From assembly GCA_951406725.2 (NCBI GenBank), contig OX597814.1, positions 119,908,001-119,972,000 of the forward strand: a stretch of DNA of 64,000 nucleotides. Reading direction: 5' to 3'. The position numbers were made by a program, and so were the translations under genes. Origin of the DNA: Octopus vulgaris. Lineage: Eukaryota. Shown here piece by piece: positions 54,286-64,000 of the stretch (position 1 is the first letter of the stretch; each line of letters begins with the position of its first letter). The notes under the pieces were generated by a model that ran no database searches, was not told the DNA's origin, and saw only the letters and a list, made by a program, of their open reading frames with translations.

Positions 54286-57094
54286 CTCTGAGAATACAGA
54301 TTGTCTTCCCATATAAGAACGCATAATACGAAATGTAACAGCAAACATTAAGTAGAATGATTTAAAAAACCTTCCGGTACCTTATACACACGACTTGAAC
54401 TTCATTTCTAAGACGTTTGAGTTCTTGATAAATGTATGCACAATCAATATAGACGTTCGTAATTCCAGTGAATGGTCAAGTAGACAATAGCAGCTGCGTA
54501 CAGAATTTGGTCATTGCTGGGGGTCCGGAGGCAATGTTGTGATATGTGTTTTACCCACCCTTCTTAGTTGCGATCCAAGCATAGGTGTCATAATGATTTT
54601 GATTACAAATCTGATAATAACTGTCCTGACATTTCACTATTGAGCAAGTTACAAATTAATACTGTAACACTTGACCGAATCTTAAACGGAGCGAGGATTA
54701 AGTCGGTATAATTTCATTTTGCTATGTTGATGCGTTTCAGTTAGTCGTAATAAATGTTGTATTACAATTTTTCTCATGCATAAAACCAATAAAAACCTCT
54801 GTAAAGGAAAAACAGAAACACGATGGACACAATAAGTGAAGCTAAGCTTTTCAGTTTGGATTAAAAAAAGATAGGATAGAAATAACAGGTTGAAATACAG
54901 TGGAATGCAAACGGAAAGTAAAGGTTATAATATATATTTTAGGTCAAAAGTCGTAAGCATTCTGAGCTTATATTGTTTTCGAAGTTAAATATTTAATTAG
55001 CACCGAAAATAAATATGGAAAATACATCTTAATTTTTTGTCACCTGTAATTCCAGGTTTGTAAACAATTCGAGAATTTTCAAGTCTTCAAGAATATAGAA
55101 AATAATATAATTATTTTGATGTTTTCAAGGGTACACAAGTTACATGCATTTGCAGCATTTGTACATATTTGCTTTATCGGTTGTTTTTTGTTCTATATCT
55201 CTATTCTTGAATTGTCAGATGTATTTTAAAAATAAAGTGAAAATTCTTATCTTTCTGTGTCTGCAAAAATGAAAGTTATGGCTGAATAAAATCTTGAATC
55301 ACTATTCGTAATGTTTCAGATATACTTTAAAGGTTCCGTTCTTGTTCAAAACATCTGCTCTCACTTGAAGAGTTTGTTTTAAACGGGATATTATAGTGTG
55401 GTGCAGTAATGGTTTGCAGGTGGATGACTGCAAATTATATTGAAGTCTCATATTCCCTGTAGATCGTTGTTACATGTTTAATATTATCCCTCTCAAACAC
55501 TGTACACTCTTAGTATAAGTTCAACCTAATCATACGTTTGATAAAAACCAATCCTTGTTATAAGACATTTCCTTTATGATATGTATTATATTTACGTCCT
55601 TATATGAAATTACGTAAATGATTTGGTATCTCTGAATTCATATTTTATATAATTTATCTGAATACATTATAAGCACAAAAGAAAGCACCAGACAGCATCT
55701 GTAGATTAACGCCATGCAACTCAGAAGTGAGCATTGTTGACTCAGCAGTTTCCTTGTCGTAGCTGTGTTATATTGTGTCTCTTTATTTCACGCTTTCCTT
55801 CAATTATCTAGCCAATTACTGGAGAATTACTACGGCAATGATATTTTCTATTCATTACTTCTTTTTTCCCCAAATATTTTCTTTATAGATTTGAAGAACG
55901 AAAGAGATGTCTCCTGTTGAATCATTAGAAAGTAACACCTTCTATTATGCGAATTTTAAACGAAAATGGTACCGGCTATTGTGAAGAAAACTATCAGAAG
56001 CGAATGCAGCTAACTTGCTTCTGAGGCAATAAGAGGAAACTTTTCATTATTTGCTTTCTGATCAGTTCTTAGTCTTTGTATAATCTTCCATTTCAAGTGT
56101 AAAGTATGGTATTCATTCAGCCTTCCCTACACGGATTTAATATTGTCATTCGTATTCCACTTTTTTTGCCTTATGCATTATTACGTCGATCGTTACGCTC
56201 TCTCTGTACATGAATATATATATATCCGCGCAAGTCTTTGGGCCTGAGTTTGTCTCTCACTACCGCTGATAGCTGGTTTTTTGTTGTTTACATCCACTAA
56301 CAATGCGGAGCTGCAAAAAGAGGCCGCAGCATAGTCGCAGACCAACAACTAAAACAATAAGAGGTAGAAGATTAGATACGTACACACACACACACATACA
56401 CACACACATACATATACATATGACAGGTACAGGGGTACAGGTTCATTTATTTATACATACATGCATAAATAAATATAAATATATATACAGAGAGAGAGAG
56501 AGAGAGTGTGTGTGTGAGTGTGTGTTTGAGCGAGAGAGAGAGAGAAAGATGGAGATAGAGAAGATAAATACATAAATATATTGGCGTGCATTTGTATGTG
56601 CATTTGCATGTGTTTGTGTGTATGTGTGTGTGCGCGGGCGCTTGAATTTTAAAATGAGAAGTGGTTAGTATTGAAGTTGAATGTAATTATTTACTTATGT
56701 TATTCTGATTACCCCGTGTTACACACCACGATATACGTCGTTGGTGAAGTATGAATGCTATACTACAAACCATGATATATGCTCGTCAGACACTGTAGAT
56801 ATTGAGGGTCTGTCTAGCAGAGCAAAATAGGTAGTCGTTACTAAACAGGAATTTTTAGTAGAAAAATTACAGTAATATAATTTCTATCATTGTAAACGGA
56901 AGAAAATTACAATACAGAAATATAAATAAGGAAAACAAATAAAGAAAGATGAGAAAACAACGATAACGAAAAATATTCATAGAAAAGATACAAAAAAAGA
57001 AATCTAAGTGATAAACCAAGAAATTCTAAACATAGTCAAAGCACATAATAATATACTTACATATGCACATTTACACACACAGATATGAGTGTGG

Positions 57095-57139
<45 letters not shown>

Positions 57140-57175
57140 CATACACATAAATAAATGCATATATATATAAATAAC

Positions 57176-57219
<44 letters not shown>

Positions 57220-57887
57220 TTTATATGTGTGTGTGAATGAATTCACATTTACCCGCACACATAGCGATTGTTCAATCGATAAATCAAACGTTCTCATATA
57301 TGTATACACCAAAGGTTGATAAACTCTGCATTATTTTGCTTATTTTAAAATTTCACTTATGAATAACTTCGCTTTTCCCAATACATTAATTCTTGATACA
57401 AGAGTATTTGTCAAAACAACTTGTTATTCACTTTTCTTTTTTCAATTATGTTTTATCTTTCCATTTCATCTGATTTACTTCTTTCCATTATCTTCCGTTA
57501 TATCATTTTGTCGATTTTCAGCTTCTCCAATATTTAATTATTTTATTTCTACTGAAGTCGGTCGTTGCGTTTATGAAGTGTAGATGTTAATATATTTTTC
57601 CTGTTATTATTGTTTAACCTCAGTTTAATCATTATTGGAGCAGAATTATGAATAAATACATTCTCGTTTACATAGAGTGCCTTTGAATTAAATATATTAG
57701 TTATACGAATAAATGCCAGGAGTTCATCGACACTATTTCTAAAGACGTTAAGAGACATCGCAACCGATTTTGCTGAAGTTTCTAGTAAGGTGAACAACCA
57801 GTTATAGGCTTACTTCCAGTAATTCATTGTTCTTATCGGAAGTAAATATCAAGAATTTTTAATGAAGATAATCTTTGTATTTTACTG

Positions 57888-58018
57888 TTGCTTACCAACC
57901 ACATGGTTCCGGGTTCGGTCCCACTGTGTGGCATCTTGGGCAAGGGTCTTTTACTATAGTCTAGGGCCGACCAAAGCGCTGTGAGTGGATTTGGTAGACG
58001 GAAACTGAAAGAATCTGG

Positions 58019-58071
<53 letters not shown>

Positions 58072-58312
58072 TATATATATTTATATATCTGTGTGTGTAT
58101 GTGTGTATGATTGTGTGTCTGTGTTTGTCCCCCCAACATCGCTTGACAACCGATGGTGTGTTTACGTCCCCGTAACTTAGCGGTTCGGTGGAAGTGACCG
58201 ATAGAATAAATACTACGCTTAAAAAGAATAAGTCCTGGGGTCGATATGCTTGACTGAAGGCGGTGCTCTAGCATGACCAGAGTCAAATGTCTGAAACAAG
58301 TAAAGGAGTAAA
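57888..58312 (+). mobile_element. SINE family A, 5'-truncated
   Basis: Matches 17886-18292. Confidence 0.9.
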
Positions 58313-58516
58313 CGAGATAGTAGCAAAAATGCAAGAGAAGTTATGTTTATTACACACATATCGACGCACGCATACAAACGCACGTATATATGTGCGTATG
58401 TGTGGGGGCCTGTGTGTGCGGTTGTGTGTGTATCTGTGTGTGCGTGCGTGCGTGCGTGCGTGTGTGCCTTTGTGTGCGCGTGTGTGTGTGTTTGCTTGTG
58501 TGTACGTGTGTCTGTA

Positions 58517-58800
58517 TACAGGGTGTTCGGGCTAAATTTGATGGCGTAAAAGTTAAGGCAAACAATATCCTATCCAACAATGAAAGTATTTTAAGGTACA
58601 TCATGTCTTGGAGATAAATTTCTCAAAGTTACCACTGTCAGCTTCCCCCACAGATCTGGAACCTTGCTGCCGTAGATATCGTGTTCCAACAGTAACTCTC
58701 TCCAGTCAGGGATTGATCACAATCTCCAGTAGCTTCACACAGCCGTCTAAATTGAGTTTCAACCCGCGTTCAAAGATGTGGGATGGAACCCCAAGTGTGA
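58517..58800 (-). mobile_element. Tc1/maT-like transposon remnant
   Basis: TA-cagggtgttcgg terminus; minus strand HIFERGLKLNLDGCVKLLEIVINP*LERVTVGTRYLRQQ resembles the DDD-domain segment before QQDSAP. Confidence 0.65.
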
Positions 58801-59283
58801 ACGGAGACAGAACGCTTGTTGCGTCCTTTCACGCCGACATTTTCTCAGTCTACGTTGCAGCTGTCTTTGTCACGTCTTACAGGCGCTACAGTGTTCACAG
58901 AGAATTGAGCAGGTGTCATGTTGTCGCATTCAGTATTCGGCTGCCCAGAGTCAACAACAGTATGAAAGTATATTCCACTAGATTCACTTCAGGTATTCTT
59001 TGTGTCTGAAGAGTTTAGATGAAAAAGGTGTGGGACAAGAAATGGAATAAACGAGATAATTCACTCACAAGCACTGCAATCATTTCGACCAGTCGAGCAA
59101 CGGTACCTTACAGGTGAGATGCACTATAAATAATTCTTATGCATTGTAGGTGCAGATGCAATCTCTCAGGTAACTTTTCAAAGAGTTATTTGCATCTATA
59201 CAAAATGTATATATGCATTTGTCGAATCGACTAAATACTTGGTACTGTTAATGATCTCATGATTTACCACGTCAATATACATT

Positions 59284-59324
<41 letters not shown>

Positions 59325-59549
59325 CGTGTGTGTGTATGTGTGTGTGTTTGTGTGTCTGTAGGTGTGTGTGTCTGTGAGTATGTGTGTATGTTTGTGAGTA
59401 TAAGCATATATTTAAGTATAAATGTATATATATATATACATACACACATCTTCCTATATATTTATACACATTATATTTGTGTATGTGTATGTATATATGT
59501 GTGTGTGTATGCTTGTCTGTATAGATATATATATATAGATATATATATA

Positions 59550-59946
59550 CTAGCAGTATCGCCCGGCGTTGCTCGGGTTTGTAAGGGAAATAACTATATA
59601 AGCATTTTTAGAGATGTAAAGTATAATTGCCATCTCAATATGGCTAACCACAAAGGGGGGGGATGTTACTGTAGCTTTTTACCTTCTGAGATTTAATAAT
59701 AAATTTTTAGAGAGTTACTTCCCTTATATATGCCAAAAATGCATTAAAAATGGGGAAAATTGATGGTAATTTTTTTTTTAATCGTAGACTCATCGTAGAC
59801 GCGCGCTAACACTCAGAAGGGCTCGATATGAATCACGACTATAAGATACCCGGTTTTGGTTAAACTGCACTGCAAAATGTGGGAGTAGTTAGGAATCTAA
59901 TTTGTAGGAGACAGACAGCACACAACCTCACTTTTATATATAAAGA
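59550..59946 (-). mobile_element. Non-autonomous Helitron
   Basis: Minus strand starts TC and ends CTAG, has subterminal hairpin cccgagcaacgccggg, and sits between A and T with no TSD. Confidence 0.88.
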
Positions 59947-59949
59947 TTA

Positions 59950-60504
59950 TGTCAGGTCACTTTCGAGTGCTACTGGTAACATGTAACCTAGTACAAACTG
60001 TTGCATGGTCGGGTTGTCGGCGATTAAACCGGCAACCCCACCAAGCTTGCTTGGTGAGGACGGTGTTTATTGGACACCCTGCGGGAGGAAAAACAAAACC
60101 CGTCAAAAGGCGGAGGAACTCTTGAGAGTCAACGGCCATCCAATAAATGTCTTAAGGCTGTATCATGCGTGGGGACATAGAAACAATCGGACTGAATGCC
60201 CGATCGCGCGGTTAAACCATTGGGAGTGAAGGACGCCTAGCCTTTGTTAGGGCATCCTTCTAGGAGAAGGTAACTCAGGTAACTGAGATAACTCAAACAT
60301 AAAACCTGCGGCTCAGTGGTTACCGATAATGTTGACTTGTTCTTCTTTTCGGATTATGGCTGCTGTTGCTTAGTGAGTGGGATTGACTCGGTGCACAGCC
60401 TTTCCTCACTTTAAAAACAATCTCCTTGCACAAGCATTACACGATAACAACATTAATTAAGCTTCGTACAATGGCCATACTCGAAAACGAGGGGGCAGCC
60501 ACCA
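59950..60504 (+). mobile_element. Non-autonomous ~553-bp RTE-like element (copy 2)
   Basis: Colinear with 30717-31269. Confidence 0.75.
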
Positions 60505-60554
60505 TATATGTATATATATATATATATATACGTTTATGTATATATAGATATATA

Positions 60555-60868
60555 TAATAACAAAGAGTAAAATTAATTAATTAAGAAGTAATCAGTTATT
60601 TCACCAAGTAGAATTCGGCATGAAAAGGATCATTTCATGGTAAGCTTAAGTAATACTTTATAAATAGGGTTCAGCAACGATTTGCTTCACCACATACCGA
60701 AGTTTAGAAATAGCAGTCAAAAAATCTTAGCTATTCCTTCTACTTTAAAGTAGAAGGAATAGCTACTCCTTCTACTTTAATGTAGAAGGAATAGCTCAGA
60801 CTTTTTGACTGCTATTTCTAAACTTCGGTATGTGGTGAAGCAAATCGTTGCTGAACCCTATTTATAAA

Positions 60869-60872
<4 letters not shown>
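60555..60872 (-). mobile_element. Diverged fold-back relative of the 595-nt element
   Basis: Shares aattaattaatt, caccaagtag..ttcggcatg and ccacataccgaa.tttagaaatagcagtcaa; inverted repeat 60653-60872. Confidence 0.85.
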
Positions 60873-60926
<54 letters not shown>

Positions 60927-61421
60927 CTGTGTGTATACATATACGCCTTATATTTATACACATTGTACACATACATATGCATGTATGTGCACATATGTAT
61001 GTAAGTGTATTTATATGCACAAACACACAAAAAAACAGAAACACCTATACACACACCCACATATTTATGTATTTCCGTTTAAAGGAAAAAGTTAAAATAG
61101 CTGTGTATCAAACTTAATGTAATTAGATTGTTAAAAGGAAAATTTCCTGCGGTAGTTGCCCGGTGATAACGTCTCTAATATCAGCTGATATACATAGTGT
61201 TAAACATTTTCCATATGCAAATTAGGGATTCGTTCAGAGAGTAACTGCTGCATTTGTTGAGTATATAAACAGTTTGGCAGCTTCTTTGTCTGGAGATTGT
61301 CAGAATTATATAGAACACAATAAGGTTCGAAAATCGATTAAGGTTGTTCATCATATTTTCATTCTGCGGAGAAATGGCTAAAAATGTGCCCTGTTTATAA
61401 TTACACCATATGTTACATATA

Positions 61422-62320
61422 TACGGGGCAGGTGGAAAGTAAGCAGGTATCAGAAAATACTTATAGAAATTTTAGTATCACTGAAGTAATAATCAGAACA
61501 TTTTTTAAACAGACAACACTAATAGAAATTTTTTTAATCTTGTTATTGTCTTATCTCTTATTATTATTTTCCAGATGGCCGTTTGCCTGACAGTTCAGGA
61601 GCGAGCTAAGATAGCAGCACGCTATGAAATGTGGAATACCATTGTTTTGGTTCAGAGACGGTGGTGTGCATAGAAAAGTAACCATGCAACGGTACGTCCG
61701 GAGACAATAAAGATTTGTCAGGCAAAGCTGATGACCATGAGCTCTGTGAACGATGCAAGAAGAAGTGGTCGTCCAGCGACTTCTCGATCAGTGGAGAACG
61801 TGGAAAGAGTGCAAGAAATATTTAATCGCAGCCCGCAAAAATCAACACGTCAAGCATCTCGTGAAATTGGACTAACAAGACACAGAATACGTACGCTATT
61901 GCATAAAGAATTGAATTTTCCTCCGTTGAAACCCCATTATCTGCAGGAGATAAACCCCGAAAACTGTACTAAACTCTGAAGACCGCAGACGTCGAGAAGT
62001 CCAGGTCTCACTCCATTTGATTTTCACATGTGGAGTTATACAAAAGAGGTGTACAAGACAAAACCTCCCACACTAGAGGACTTGAAGACACGGATTTGGG
62101 AGATTTTCAATGATATTCCAAACGATGTCCTGCAGAAGGTTGTTCATTCCATCCCTGACCGTTTGAGGAAACTGACTGACGCCACCGGTAATTACGTTGA
62201 AATATGAAGATTTCTTTCATGTTTTCCATGCACCATGTATCATTGTCTTCATTAAATTTGTAAAAAGGAATATGGATTAATACCAATTTTTAAGGCATAC
62301 TTACTTTTCATCCACCCGTT
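61422..62320 (+). mobile_element. Tc1/Tc3-like transposon (DUF4817-type HTH), internally deleted
   Basis: MAVCLTVQERAKI..RRSGRP..RSPQKSTRQASRE, then RSPGLTPFDFHMWSY..GNYVEI*; degenerate TIRs acggg..gg.tg.aaagtaag. Confidence 0.85.
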
Positions 62321-62323
62321 ATG

Positions 62324-62356
<33 letters not shown>

Positions 62357-62539
62357 ATTTGTATATGTGTATATGTGTGTGTGTGTGTGTATGGGGGAAG
62401 AAACTAATAAAATGCACATTAGGTATAATAGTAATGGCTTTTTAATAAAAGCAATGATATATACATACATATAAATTATTTGAGGTGGAATGAAGAAGTA
62501 TACAAGTCATTATTATGAGTCACAATAGAAAATTGATTC

Positions 62540-62578
62540 AAAGTCAGTGGTCAGCTCTAACGAAACCGGCATGACTTT
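62540..62578 (+). ncRNA. Heavily decayed hammerhead-like motif
   Basis: aaagtca-gtggtca-gctctaac-GAAA-ccgg-ca-tgacttt. 7-bp stem I and correct spacing, but 3 mismatches in the CUGANGA box plus U16.1->C. Confidence 0.35.
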
Positions 62579-62799
62579 GACTTTCTGTAATGGCTCATAA
62601 TGATGATTTTTCTATTTCTTAATTCCATTTCAAATCATTTATTTCTATTTATATATCTTTGTCTTTTTTATCGAAAACATCATTACTTTTATAATTGATG
62701 TGCATTTTCTTTGTTTGATTTTAGTTTTCCACTATCTATACTACGTGTAGTATATTTTCTCTTTGAAACCTGTTTCTATTACATATGTATGTGTATATG

Positions 62800-62902
<103 letters not shown>

Positions 62903-63016
62903 ATATTTCGGAATGGTCATATTGCCAGTTTAGCCAATAAAAACACACGCACTATATATTTGGTGTTATTTTGCTTCAGTGATATTTATTTTTTACATTA
63001 ATCTTAATCTTATTTC

Positions 63017-63060
63017 GGCCAAAGTTCTTTCGTCACACTCCTGTGACCGCATCAGTGGTC
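63017..63060 (-). ncRNA. Type I hammerhead motif (A9->C)
   Basis: Minus strand: gacca-CTGATGC-g-gtcaca ggag tgtgac-GAAA-gaac-TT-tggcc; perfect 6-bp stem II. Confidence 0.7.
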
Positions 63061-63564
63061 CTTTGTTTTCTTCTCACTTACTTGTGTCTCTCCTTACTAA
63101 CCGTCAGCCATTTTGTATTTCTATTGTATGTCTTCATTTGCGCATGCTTATATCTCTATGTGCGTCTATGTTTATTTAGTGTGTGTGTGGGGGGGATGCC
63201 TGTAATATTTGTATCTTCTGGTTATATACATTCTTGTAATTTGTATTTTGTTTTTGTTGTTGTTGCTTTTGTTCTAATTTTGTTCATGTGTTTACATCCA
63301 CCCATTATTATCATTACATATGCTTGTATGTATGTATAACAACAATATTAGTAATAATAATAATAAATCTAATCGAAAAAAAAAAAAGAATATATATATA
63401 CATATATATATATACATACATATACATATATATATATATACATATATACACACATATATACACATATACATATACATATATATACACATATACATATATA
63501 TAGATATTCATTTCTATTTCTTTAATTACCTGTGTATTTATTATGTTTGCAGGATCCACTATTG

Positions 63565-63999
63565 TCATATGTTGTGGTGTGCGCTATTGCTCCATTCTAG
63601 TTTTCTATTCAGGCTAGGTTTATTTTCTATTATATGTGTAGCTTCTGTAATTTGTCTAATTGTTGCATCTGTTCTATGTGTGGACAATATCTTAATCTCT
63701 ATGTTATTGATTGATCCCCCATGTTCTTGTTCGGCGTGTTGGTACAGAATCGATGAGCTTTTACCTTCCTTGAGTTGTCTCCAATGTTCATTCACCCGCT
63801 CACCAATGCTTCTTGCAGTTTCCCCTACGTATGTTACTGTCTTGTTACTGCATCGTCCCTCTATACATCTTATACTATAGACCACATTTCTAGCTTTACA
63901 GTTTGTTTGTGGGCTAAATCTACATACAGTGCAATAGTTATCCGTACAGAGAGTTCTACTAAAAGGATAGGTTCTACCAATTATAGATCTGATAGGGTT
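63565..63999 (-). CDS. PLE polyprotein C-terminus: Cys-rich linker plus GIY-YIG endonuclease (open to the window edge)
   Basis: ..[59 protein letters not shown]; no stop from 63999 to 63568. Confidence 0.9.
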   Translation of the reverse strand, partial: NPIRSIIGRTYPFSRTLCTDNYCTVCRFSPQTNCKARNVVYSIRCIEGRCSNKTVTYVGETARSIGERVNEHWRQLKEGKSSSILYQHAEQEHGGSINNIEIKILSTHRTDATIRQITEATHIIENKPSLNRKLEWSNSAHHNI

Positions 64000-64000
64000 G

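Noticed and set aside
58608-59009. 133-aa plus-strand ORF
   Set aside because: It lies antisense to a Tc1/maT transposase remnant.

Overview
AT-rich, microsatellite-dense animal non-coding DNA (intron or intergenic). The tRNA-derived SINEs and (TA)n/(CA)n landscape suggest an octopus/coleoid genome, which is an inference. I found no convincing host-gene exon, and most of the ORF track is microsatellite translation. The window is a mosaic of mobile elements: CR1-group LINE remnants (best copy 48923-51066), three tRNA-SINE families, Tc1/mariner fossils and MITEs, a non-autonomous Helitron, an RTE-like non-autonomous element, and the C-terminal GIY-YIG endonuclease of a Penelope-like element (PLE) at the right edge. 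The main hidden signal is RNA-level: about 14 type I hammerhead-ribozyme (HHR) motifs from roughly 8 sequence families, mostly with palindromic stem III and sitting in small repeats next to (TA)n tracts. One structurally intact HHR (32011-32111, minus strand) lies in an ORF-less 595-nt unit with a ~107-nt terminal redundancy, resembling a retrozyme or non-autonomous PLE copied from a circular or tandem RNA. Related copies form fold-backs ending at the same internal site. All motifs were read by eye; no activity, expression or database evidence was available.
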